From Squalus acanthias (taxonomy: Eukaryota), in assembly GCA_030390025.1 (NCBI GenBank), contig CM059445.1:43834001-43898000 (forward strand): a DNA stretch of 64,000 nucleotides. The letters are read 5' to 3'. The position numbers and the translations under genes were made by a program. The notes beneath the pieces are model-generated. The model made no database searches. It had not been told where the DNA came from and was given only the letters and a program-made list of their open reading frames with translations. Within the stretch, counting starts at the first letter, position 1. Every line of letters starts with the position of its first letter. Shown in pieces: positions 25,785 to 36,627 of the stretch.

Positions 25785-26548
25785 GGCTCGGAATTTGCAG
25801 TAGTAATGATGGCGAGGCTGTCAGTGCTCGCCGTCACTACTGTGTAAAACTGACGGCAACTTCTGGCATCTGCAAATGTGCAGTTGAACACGGAAATCTG
25901 GAAGTTACTGTCCGTGATACCCTGTTCCTCCATTGGGTGCGCTATTGCAGTCTTCGCAGGTGGAATCAAAATAGAAATCACTGATTTGTTGTGAACTTCA
26001 ACTATTTACCCACTATTCTTGCTGTAAGGACCAATGAAAATGTTAAGCTTTGTTCAATCAGGGCTAACTGAGTTTTTAATGGCATACTAAGTCATAATTA
26101 CTGCTGAACAACCTCCCTGGCTATGATAAACTAATTTTACAAGTGTGGAGTCTCATTCCCTCAGAACATTTAAAAATTGCAGATTTAAAAAAAAATCTTT
26201 TTTTTAAGTTTGTGTTCTGATATTTACGTATTTCCCTTAACCCCACGTGTATGTCCCAATCTTTATTTCGCTTTCTGTACAATGATTTTAAATGTGATTT
26301 ATAGTCCCTGCTTTTTACTTTCTGCTTTGCTGTCTGTGAGAATTCTTCAATCTGATTGGCTTCTCAGCCTGCCTGCTGCCTGCCCTGTTGCTAGATGCCC
26401 CAGATTGCCTGTAGAAGGCGTCAATTTCAAACAGACATCGGAATAGAGGAAATCTGTGCTCTGGAGCCCGCTAAATCTTTGTGGGCAGCTTTTTTTCGAG
26501 GTCAATGGCGAGCGCCATTCCTTCGCCGCTGACCGCAAAATCTGGGCC
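25785..26548. mobile_element. Harbinger-like MITE, family A copy 3
   Basis: TIRs GGCTCGGAATTTGC / GCAAAATCTGGGCC; colinear with 10198 and 14504 (GAAATC.GGAAGTT, ACAAGTGTGGAGTCTCATT, TTCTTCAATCTGATTGG). Confidence 0.8.
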
Positions 26549-27009
26549 ATTAAGTTTAGAATGTTAGAAGCCCTGATGGTATCAGGAGATCTTCGCCAGT
26601 AAGTTCCACAGGGTGTCACCTTGGGATCTGACACTGAAGTTATACTGCTAATTCCATGTGCACCCAAAACTGCTTCAAATTGATCCAAAATTGGTAGTAC
26701 AACTGTTGCCTTGGACTGAAAACTCAGCTGAACTGCATGATGCTGGGCGTTGGAAGTAGCCCATAATTACAGTAGACGCTTTGCTACAGATTTTACTGCA
26801 AGTTTTTACAATACATATTTACTTAATTTCCTTCCATTTAAAAGTATTTTTTGGCCCACTATAGGCCTCTCTGCCTCATTCAAAAATCTGACCAAGAGGG
26901 CAGAAAGAGAACCACAGGAAGAAAAAAACTAGTATTTTGCGAAAAGAATTTTTAATATATTTTATAAAAAGTCTCCTGAAAGGGTCCAATGTTTGTTTTA
27001 GGCAGACAT

Positions 27010-27623
27010 CAGCACTGCCCAATCTCACCAGGAAGAAGTGTGACAAATTTACGGTCAGGAGTTGGGACTCATTACCATCCCCCACGGAGCTGCTCAAAAT
27101 GCAGGAGCTGATCGGAGGGGCCCGGAAATTCAGTGCCCCGATCGTGGATCCCAGCATGTCCAGGTAAATTAAAGTGGGATGGGGGGAGGTGGTGAGGGGG
27201 CAAGCCATCCTAGGTTGCGGAAGATTGGGCATCACAGGGATTCATTTTCATGGGACCACGAGGAACATTAATGCTCCTCATGACTCCCACAGAAATCATT
27301 GACAGACAAACCTTTTTTTATGACCTTTTCCTGTGCGCCCTGCAGTGGTCCCTTTAAAGACTGCTGGTAATAGCTGCTCAGTGCCAAGTACCAACAGCCG
27401 GAACATGCGTGGTAGTCCTATTGATGTCAAAGAACCCCAGTTTGCACGGGCTAATGAGGCACCCGTCTGTTTCTGGTGGGTGCGTGGGCCGCCCATATCA
27501 AAGACCATACCAAAATGGCAGCTGCTATAACATTAACAAGAATGCGTTAGTCAGTGATGTGCCACCATTTTCAGCGGGCTACCGTACCATTCCTGTCCAG
27601 CAGAGCTGGTGAAAATCCACTCC
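27010..27623. mobile_element. Possible diverged Harbinger-like element remnant
   Basis: GC/CpG-enriched stretch ending in GAAAATCCACTCC, similar to the right TIR GAAAATCCAGCC at 63468. Left end not identified. Confidence 0.3.
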
Positions 27624-28488
27624 ATAGTGTTCTAGATACATCCAAACCACTCAATAAGTACTCTATTTTATGTAAGCTATGCAAGAGCTTTTGATGTACA
27701 AAATTGAATAGAAGATGCTTGTACCAGTGTAGATTTTGTCCACTACCTATCCTAGCTCTGAACCAAATCCAGACAATCTTTTCTACTTAAAATGGACTAC
27801 TTTGTGAAATCATGTTTCCTAAGAGTAAAGGATGGTCGACTAGGTCAGATTTGACTTTAATGTGGCTTGCTTGATGCTTTCTTAGATTTTGTTCTGAAGT
27901 AAAAGTTAGCCCAATTCTTCATCGGATAGCCTTATTCCACAATGAATTCAGCAGAGTTTTTCATCAGATGAAGGCAAGTCATATCTGTGTAGAGCCTATC
28001 AAACTGATCAAAGCACCACAAAAGGTATATTTCAGTAAAAATACCAAAAAATCAGAATTATAAACACTTTTTGTGTTTATATAAATCTTGTCATTATTCC
28101 TTGGGCTGTGATAGTAGTTAAAACAAGAGGAACTAAGGCCTAGGAATGACAGTTTGAGATATTTATTATATGTACACCTAATACATTTACAAGAGAATTC
28201 TCTGCCTTCTCTTTCAAGTGCGGCACTAACCTAATTACAATAATTGGGTTAGTCAATAGGTTATAATAGTGGAGAGAGGAATGTTACACGAATGTGTTAA
28301 GTGTTCCAATGTTGATATTGCAAATACGTATCTGATGTCTGTGCCATCCTAACGATACAAAACAGACTCTTAAAGTCTATCTAAGGAAGAACTTGGTGGC
28401 AAGGTCTGAATGCATTACTCATTCATACTCAGATCTTCTTCAAAGTTATCTGAAGCTCAGCCCTATTTCTGCTCAGCATGTCACTCAC

Positions 28489-28610
28489 TGTTCTTTCGCC
28501 GTGCCTTTGAAGTGAGCAGGGTTGCCTTCTTGGGCTTTCGCACACGCTGATATCTCAGTACTTCGAAACTCTCAGGTACAGCAGCCGCACCATGTGTATC
28601 TGGAGGCCTC
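28489..28610 (-). CDS. IGSF9B: IGSF9B penultimate coding exon (122 bp)
   Basis: Acceptor tttctcttgatcccacAG and donor GTGAGT; phases 2 and 1 fit both neighbours. Translates (G)RPPDTHGAAAVPESFEVLRYQRVRKPKKATLLTSKARRKN, matching recalled IGSF9B AAAPERLEALKYQRIKKPKK. Not in the ORF track. Confidence 0.92.
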
Positions 28611-28738
28611 CTGTGGGATCAAGAGAAACAGAAAAGGGGATGGGGAAAAATTCAACTTTAACAGTTAGTCAGTCTGACTTGCAATTGTCTACTATCACTG
28701 GACGATAGCTTGCTAGAATAAAACATCTATTCCTTGTA

Positions 28739-29102
28739 CAGGAAACTCTTTATTAACCGGCACCGACGGGACCGGCGTGGTGCCGGTTTATCAAAAAGTC
28801 CGGATAACGGAGAGTTATATCTACCAATGTACGAGAGCCCCGTACACATTGACATGCGCCTGCATTCGGAGCTCCGTCTCCCCGGGGACCGCCAGCTGAC
28901 CATCTGTCGTGACCGCTGCCTACCCGGGCTGCACATTCCCCTCCCAATCTACACGCTCCGATACAAGGCAAACACCTCGGTTTTTTTTTTAAAGTTAATC
29001 TTAAACGCGAGATGAAGGAAAACCCCGGTTACCTACTCAAGAATTTTGCCGGTTAAGAGAGATTTCTGGATAGTTGTGTGCCGGTTAATAAAGAGTTTCC
29101 TG
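28739..29102. mobile_element. Young Tc1/mariner (pogo/Tigger-like) MITE, 364 bp
   Basis: Perfect 25-bp TIR CAGGAAACTCTTTATTAACCGGCAC, TA TSD on both sides, CpG-rich interior. Confidence 0.92.
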
Positions 29103-29580
29103 TAATATGTTAACTACAGTATCTGTGGTTGGACAGACGAGGTCTAAGATATTCAATCAAGTAGAACCAATTTTAAAATTATCCCACATCCAAGCCACAT
29201 TACCTGAACTCAGACAAGTTTTTAAAGTATTCTATTTTCTCACTTTCCTCCCTCTTCATCTCCTTAGGTCTGGTTGACCATCCTATCCAAAAAGAGCAGT
29301 CGGATGGTGCACTCCCAGGACTTGGCAGTGCCTATCTATGACCAATCACTTGGTAGTGTAGGGAAGTGTTTGGGTGATTATTGCTTCATCCTCATGCGAA
29401 AGTGCCTGTCTTCTGATGGGTGTTTTACCAGAACAAAAAAATCAGATCCAGGAGTCACCATGTAGGGAACTGCAAAGGCAAACCTCAACCTCTACCTGTC
29501 CACAGCATGGCAAGTTGGAGTCCAACTCACTGTGCCACTCAGTCAGATGCTGGTTCTCCCTAAACAGGAAAGAACATGAT

Positions 29581-30107
29581 GGGTAGAAAATCATTATGGC
29601 CCATTTTCGGGTGCATGGACCGTGTGCCCCAACTGTGAGGCCTGTGGCTCTCCTGAAATTGGGCCTCGGACCATGTTTGCTTAATTTGGGTCAGCTGCCA
29701 GCGCCTGTTGTGCTTCCACATTCAGCTCGCCTATTTTGTCTCCATGGCAACAGCCTGAAGGTAAGTCCCGAAACAGGGGGGAGGGGGATAGCGGTAACGG
29801 GAGAGGGGTAATCGCAAATAGTGTGGCGTTGGGCGAGCACTCTTGCCTAGAATGGGATAGGTCCGCACCTGCTCCGTTCCTGTATTGGGACCGAAAACAG
29901 GTGTTAGGTTCCTTACATATGTCAATGGCGGATCTAATGCCTATTTTAGGTAGCTCCAAGGGACACCTGAAAAATGGCCCGACCAATTTTCGGGTTGGAG
30001 GTCGTCAGATCTCCTTGGGTTGCGGGCACTGGTCCTGCGAAATTGGGTCTTGTTCTGGTTGTTTTTTGCCCCTATAATGGGCGCAGTAAGGTCCAATTTT
30101 CTATCCC
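29581..30107. mobile_element. Harbinger-like MITE (family B)
   Basis: TIRs GGGTAGAAAAT / ATTTTCTATCCC. The left part is homologous, in reverse, to 33527-33718. Confidence 0.65.
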
Positions 30108-31561
30108 ATATTTTTTTTATTCTTTCATTCCAAACATTCTTTGGCGAACTCGACATGATAAAAACTGTTGAAACAGACTAACGATGGGGCACTGCTGGTT
30201 ATATGCTATAAATCAGCTCAATGGTTTCTTTCATGGAAACTCTGCTCCCCAGAAATGTATTTTCTTTTCATCCCAATATTCTTTTGCCTCTTTTTTGTTT
30301 TAAAGGTATTCCTAAGCCACAAACCATTCTCTCAAATGAGAGGATAGGTTGATGTCCTGCTGCTACCCCTCTGCCCTTGCTGCTCTTGAGTCAGGTGCTA
30401 GGAATCCTAGGGTGTATTTTTTTCTCATTTTCTCTTTCCTTTCCTCTCTCTGAGATCAGGGAACTCATCATGGAGCAAACACAAACGTAAACCCAGATCC
30501 TACAACCCAAGAGACATGACAAGTCGTTGACTGAGTATGTATATTTTAAGTTGTTGGTATGGGGCTGGGCCAAAGAAAGCAGTGGAAATTGATCGAAGAC
30601 ATTAATAAAATTGAGCTCTGGTAGTTTCAGTCCTTCACAGATGTCAGAACGGTACAATTCTGTTAAGACTAAAAATGAAATGCAGGGGACAGTGATGTCA
30701 TTTAAAGCAACAGGTTGACAGGTGAGGAGTCTGGCTCACAGGGAATGGAATGGAAGCAACAGTGCTGGGAAACCCCAACATCACCACCAAACTAGGCTAT
30801 ATCTTACCTGGAGCTATTTCATATCATTGTTGTTACAAATACTAAACTCAGAAAAGGTTTCAGTCTCTATTTGGCAATCATCAATTAAATATATATAAAA
30901 AATGGTAGGTGAGTTACAACATTCCATTTCATCTGACCCTTATTTAGTTCATTTTAAATTACCTGCAATTAATGCAATGACTGTAAGTGGTGCTGAGACC
31001 GGCATTAACAATGATAAACTACCATCACGCTAACTTTAGTTCTGTGCCCAAAGCTGTCGCAATAATATTAACTTGTCAGCCAACTTTGCAGTCCATCTAT
31101 GAAAATACTGGATAACACAGGATTCCAATTCCCCTGTGGGGCACTCATATGATGACCCCAATGCTTACTCTTCCCCCCACAACACAGAGCATCATTTCGG
31201 AGATCCAACAACCCCCTGTGACTTCCTCCTCCCCACTGACCATAATTCTTGTTGATATGAATCCCTGGTACTATCATTTTGTGATAACCCATCCTTACCT
31301 TTTCCACTAGCTATCATTTTGGCCACCTGTACCTTCTCTCACTGAGCAGTTTTTTGGCCGCTCCACTCCCCTTCCCTCCTCCCCTCTCTTGCTCCTGCCT
31401 TGGTCCTTGGTCCAGTTATCTCCACGCCCTTTAGCCCTACTTGACCTGAACACTCTGCTTGGTCTTGATGCCCTGTCTGCTGCACCATGGAAGATTAACC
31501 AGTAAATTTATTAAATATATTTCCTTTGTGTTCGTTAAGTTTCCTGCTCAATTAGAGTGGG

Positions 31562-31714
31562 TTTTTTTGTTCATGGGATATGGGCGTCGCTGGCAAGGCC
31601 AGCATTTATTGCACATTCCTAATTGCCCTTGACAAGGTGGTGGTGAACTGCCTTCTTGAACCGCTGCAGTCCGTGAGGTGAAGGTACTCCCACAGTGCTG
31701 TTAGGGAGGGAGTT
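31562..31714 (-). mobile_element. LINE (CR1/L2 group) 3' end fragment
   Basis: Minus strand translates NSLPNSTVGVPSPHGLQRFKKAVHHHLVKGN* (LINE ORF2 C-terminal NSLP...FKK..HL pattern), then a short 3'UTR and A-rich tail. Confidence 0.7.
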
Positions 31715-31865
31715 ACTATAAAGGATGTCATCATCTAAATTTATAACTAATGATATAGTGCAAAATTACTTATGGTGGGATTAACATCACACAGTTGTGC
31801 GATACCACGGAGTGGCAGGGTTTGGGCACCTGCTCATGAGTTTTAACACTGAGTAACTCCCATTA

Positions 31866-32150
31866 CAGAGAATTGCATAGAATTTACAGCAGAGAAACAG
31901 GCCAATCGGTCCAACTGGTCCATGTCGGTGTTTTTATGCTCCACACGAGCCTCCTCTCACCCTACTTCATCTAACCCTATCAGCATATCCTTCTATTCCT
32001 TTCTCCATCATGCACTTATCTAGCTTTTCCTTAAATGCATCTATGCTAGTCGCCTCAACTACTCAACATTCTCACCACTCTGGGTAAAGAAGTGTCTCCT
32101 GAATTCCCTGTTGGATTTATTAGTGACTATCTTATATTTATGGCCTCCAG
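31866..32150 (-). mobile_element. CR1 3' fragment with internal deletion
   Basis: Minus strand encodes GHKYKIVTNKSNREFRRHFFTQ; CR1 3'UTR stem-loop present. Confidence 0.8.
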
Positions 32151-32165
32151 TTATGGAGAGAAACC

Positions 32166-32369
32166 GGGGTCGATTTTGACTTTTGGGCGACAGATCGGCA
32201 TAGCACGCTGGCCGGCCACCAGTTCCAGCGGCGAAGAGGCCCCCGTGGACCATGGCCTCATTTTGTGTTGGATATAGAATAGAATCGAAGTCAATGGAGA
32301 ATGACATTGGGTGGGGTGTACTCGATCCCGTAGGTTTCCTGCTCGGTGAGTTACATTAAAATTTCCCCC
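32166..32369. mobile_element. Short Harbinger-like MITE, possibly chimeric
   Basis: Ends GGGGTCGATTTTGAC / TTAAAATTTCCCCC. The left end resembles 55806 and the right half resembles 34653. Confidence 0.5.
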
Positions 32370-32792
32370 TCTACATTATGTCTCTATAATAATCCCCACA
32401 CTGTTAGCGCTGACTTCAGATAATGAAAGCATTGATTATTAGAACAAAGTCTTGGTCTCCTTTCTTAGTCAGAAGATCAGACTGAATTTAAAAAGATTGC
32501 ATAAAAGAAAATGTGTTTCTTTGCAAGGGTATACTTGCTTCAAATGCATTCCTTAGCCAGTACTTCCAGGAGTGTTCTGATGGGAATGCCAAAATAAATG
32601 TGAATGGGCCTCAGTGGAAGCACTGGTGGTTCAACAGGAAGGACTAAGTTTAGATTGTTGACTCTTACGTTAAGTTCCCATTTTTTTCTACAAGTATTTT
32701 ATCAGACTATGAGAAAATGAGCCCTGGGAATGGATATCTTAATTTTATTTTTTACAATCTTCTGACATCTTTATTGGAACACCATGCAGACT

Positions 32793-32976
32793 CATAGAAT
32801 CAGAGAAGATAGGAGCAGGAGTAGGCCATTCGGCCCCTCTAGCCTGCTCCGCCATTCAATGCGATCATGGCTGATCATCCAAATTCAGTACCCTGTCCCT
32901 GCTTTCTCCCCATATCCCTTGATCCCTTTAGCCTTAAGAAATATATCCAACTCCTTCTTGAATCTATTTAATGAAT
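32793..32976 (-). mobile_element. CR1/HER1-type 3' end fragment
   Basis: ATAGGAGCAGGAGTAGGCCATTCGGCCC is near-identical to the 3' ends at ~24905 and ~60917. Confidence 0.8.
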
Positions 32977-33526
32977 TGACTCCTAAGATGACTTTGAAAT
33001 TTACACTTTGCCAAGCTTCCCCAGATAACCTGTCAACTTCATGGTATTGATATGGTGGTTGGACAGCTCATTAGGAAAAACTGTTTAGCCTATATAGACA
33101 TCCATAACAAGGCTAAATGATCAAGGCCCCTCAGATTAGGAGACTGATGTACCAACAAACTGTGTCACTGAGTGGTTGGATGCGGGTTTGCTGTCACAAT
33201 TTTTTACACAAGCTCACAAACTTGGTTGAGCTGTTATTGGGTGGGGGGTGGGGGAGGGGCACCACTGAAGTGCTTCTTTATAGGTAGGGTGTCACCACTA
33301 GCCAATCGTGAGCACCTCACCTAGTGGGCAGTTACAGAGCCACATGGGCAGATACCTGGATGCAGTTTGCCAGCCCTGCCTCTCAGCAGGGAATGCTGAG
33401 TGCTGTGGAAGGACCTAAAGAGGAGGAAAAAAAAATATTGTGAAGCAATAAATGGTAAGTGAATGGAGAAGATAATTTACAATACACAATTTGTGAAGTA
33501 TTACCTTCACTGTGTGCGAGGCAAGT

Positions 33527-33718
33527 GGCCCAATATTAACTTCTTCAAATGGGCAAGCTGCCCGTGGGGGTGTAACAGGTGCTGGCAGCTTCCCTAAGTT
33601 ATTGAAATGAGGCTCGAGGCCCAATTTCGGGCTGGTCTTGGGCCTCCAGGTTAGGGCCCGCGCTGTCTGCACAGCCTCAATTCTGGGCCCGAATGTGGGC
33701 CAGATAAATTTCTACCCC
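33527..33718. mobile_element. Harbinger-like MITE fragment (family B, reversed)
   Basis: Ends in AATTTCTACCCC. AACAGG.GCTGGCAGCT and GAGGCCCAATTTC are reverse complements of motifs at 29655-29710. Confidence 0.6.
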
Positions 33719-34264
33719 ATGCTCTCACCAGTTGCTCTTGATGGGACTTTTGCTCAAACGTTGACAGATTGGTAGATTTAACGGGACAGTTTCATCGTAG
33801 GGCTCATGAGGTCTTTGCTGACATTTCAGTCTAGGTCATATATATTGGGGCAGCCTCAAAGTTAATCCAAATCCATATTACTTTGATCAAACTTTTACAA
33901 TTGAAATGAATCTCGTTAACAATCTAACATAGAATAGGTTATAAATCCTGGATAAATACGGCCAATCTCCTGCTTAATGGACTTATCCAGGGAGGACGTC
34001 ATGACAATCAATTGTATTTATGACATTTTTTTTAAATTAAACATGAGGAAAACATAAATTTGGCAATTAAAAATGTTTCAACACATTGCTTTAGCATGAG
34101 AAACTTCAGTTTTCAAAATACTGCTCTTTTTTTAGGGGCTCCTTTATTATTACGCCATTCTCTACTCCTACTCATTATAGTTCTACTTTAGCAGCAGAAA
34201 CTGAGTCAATTATTGTAGCATGATTATGTATTCTGAAATCAAATTGTTTTGGATGTCAATGTGT

Positions 34265-34570
34265 GGAGACATACAGACCAGAAAGATCCCAGGTTTGGTC
34301 CCTGGTTTGCACTGAGTTGCATCTCAGTTGCTGTGGCGGCAGGTATGCTACAATTAGCCTCAGTTCCCCGGGTCATGGAGAAAAAGAAACAAACTACTCC
34401 CGATTATTCCACAGTAAGAACTGTTGGAAAGTACGACAGGCGAGGATGAGATCAGGCTCAGCTATGATTCTCCCATGCTGACAGGTTAGGTTAGAAGGAT
34501 GACCACTTAGATGAGGTGCCAGAGAGCAAGTGTGGAGGCCAACTCCATTGTGAGTCATCGCCTTCAGGAT
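34265..34570 (+). mobile_element. AmnSINE2-like SINE
   Basis: CATACAGACCAGAAAG.TCCCAGGTT...GCTACAATT.GCCTCAG...GAAGGATGACCACTT...GTCATCGCCTTCAGG. Confidence 0.6.
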
Positions 34571-34652
34571 GTGAGGGGACGAGGGGGAAATGGGGGGGAA
34601 GGGAAAGAAAATTTAAAACAAGTTGCTCTAATCGCCTTTAGTCCAGACTTTT

Positions 34653-34839
34653 GGGGGTAATTTTAACCTAATTCGCCAGAAGGGAAAACCCGCGGGATTG
34701 GGTGGAACGCCCGTTTTGCACCCTACCCAATATTACTCTCCATTTTTTCAATAGAGAGTAAAATAGGACGGGGTGTAAAACCAGCATTGTACCCAATCCC
34801 GTCAGTTTCCCCATGGGCGGATTAGGTTAAAATTGCCTC
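34653..34839. mobile_element. Palindromic (hairpin) MITE, ~187 bp
   Basis: Near end-to-end inverted repeat: GGGGGTAATTTTAACCTAAT / ATTAGGTTAAAATTGCCTC, CGGGATTGGGT / ACCCAATCCCG, TTACTCTC / GAGAGTAA. Confidence 0.8.
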
Positions 34840-36120
34840 GACATTGCTCAGTCCCAGAAGTGCTTCATCCCGGATGCTAATATCTCCTTCTTTATAAGCC
34901 TGATAATCCTAGGCAAAGTTGGATAACTTCAACAACTAGTGTTAAGCAATTTGATGCATTCTGAAAGGAGTTAAATTACCATAGCATCAGCCTCCAGTGG
35001 CAATTCCCCACTGCTGTACACATTAGTTAAGAAAGCAACATGAGGCACAACGCCCTTGGGTAGCATTTATCATGGATGCCACTTTGCAAATTGAACCTTA
35101 CTGATTCCATATGACTTAATATTGGTTATACGCTGTCAGCAATCCAGTTGTATCTATTTTATTAAGATTGAGTGGACCTCCCTCAAACTAGTATGTAAAA
35201 ATACTTAATTTCTAAACATATCAAAATAGGCATCATGAAATACAGATCTAATATTAATAATCAAAATAATTAGGGTGTAAAGAGTCCAGCTACATTGTAC
35301 AATAGTAGAGACATAACATATGTGTATTCAAAATATTTATAAACTATATATTCAGGACATGGAGCACTTATACAACACAGAAGTAAAATACATTTATGTT
35401 AAATATTTTCTGTGCAGCACACTTAATAAAATGTATATTTTGCATAGAAAATATTATAGGAAGACGTCTGTTGTTTGCAATTTATAACAAACTGTCAAAA
35501 GACACATTAAAGCTCTCTCTATATATAGCAAGTGGAAACCTCCCCCTTAGAGACCATTATTTTAAATTGTACATTTCATATGCCTGTTGCAATGATACTG
35601 AAACCTTCAGAGATCATATCTATTTTTGGTCACCAGGGTGAGGGCAATGAAGAAGAAATCAAGTCTACAACTAAGTGAAACAGAGATGTTTCAATATGAG
35701 AAAATCATGTCCAGGAAAACGTATGTGATTTATTATTTAAGGAAATCGTTTAGGGGGCTTTATCTGGTGGTGTTGGTAGTTAGCACATTGCCTTTTCACC
35801 CACAGGACCTAGTTTTGAATCTGATCAAGACTAATGAGGTGAATGGCTCCTCTCTAAAGTGTAAAGTATTAATATGAATATACGAGTATAAAAGCATGTG
35901 TATGATCCCAATGTACAGTGGAAATCTCTTTTGGTGACTTCTATTTTATGTTGCTGTATATTTATAGCTGGAAGGGCACTTAAGTGGTCTCAAACATGTT
36001 CTTGGTGTAATATGACCCAACAGCACCAAACTGCCCATAATTTAGCATTAAACTGGTAGTCTCACAGAGAGATACAAAGAAATGTAAAAAATGGCTCTGG
36101 TGCAGCAGATGCTCTTTTGA

Positions 36121-36627
36121 AATAACAACAGAAAACGCTGGAAAAACTCAGCAGGCCAGGCCAGGCAGCATCCGTGGAGAGAGAAACAGATTTAATGTTT
36201 CAGGTCGAAGACCTTTCGTCAGAACTGGAAAAAAGCAGGAAATTAAATAGATTTTAAAGCAAGTTAGGGCTGGGAAAAGGGGGAGGGGATGAAAGAACAA
36301 AAGGGAAAGTCAGTGATAGGATAGAAAGCAGGAGAGATTAAGAGAGATTGAGAGACATTAAGAGATATTCAAGGCAAGAGGAGGTGGTAATGGGACAGGT
36401 TGAGGAACAAAGGATGGCTCTAAATGAAGTGTGAATTGCGCTGGCAGAATGAAAGACAGCTGCCATGTGGGAGGGAAGAAAAAAGGCCAAACAAAAGTGT
36501 GGATAAAAAAATAAAAATATATATATATATGTGATAGGGGCCGGGGTTATGATCTGAAATTGTTGAACTCTATGTTGAGTCCAGAGGGCTGTAGAGTGCC
36601 TAATCGAAAGATAAGGTGCTGTTCCTC
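36121..36627 (-). mobile_element. 5'-truncated Penelope-like element (end of GIY-YIG ORF plus pseudo-LTR), 13-bp TSD
   Basis: Minus strand encodes EEQHLIFRLGTLQPSGLNIEFNNFRS* (E..I..L.TL.P.GLN GIY-YIG C-terminal motif). TSD GATGCTCTTTTGA at 36108-36120 and 36628-36640. The 3' end is homologous to 57111-57259. Confidence 0.88.
36190..36226 (-). ncRNA. Minimal hammerhead ribozyme motif, degenerate copy
   Basis: Minus strand: AGUU CUGACGA A AGGUC-UUC-GACCU GAAA CAU U AAAU. Core boxes and helix II are intact; the ACGU palindrome is changed to ACAU and helix I has a mismatch. Confidence 0.65.

Noticed and set aside
31068-31307. 79-aa ORF with APQGNWNPVLSSIFIDGL, resembling RT GVPQGSVLGP
   Set aside because: At most a heavily decayed LINE fragment; too weak to annotate.
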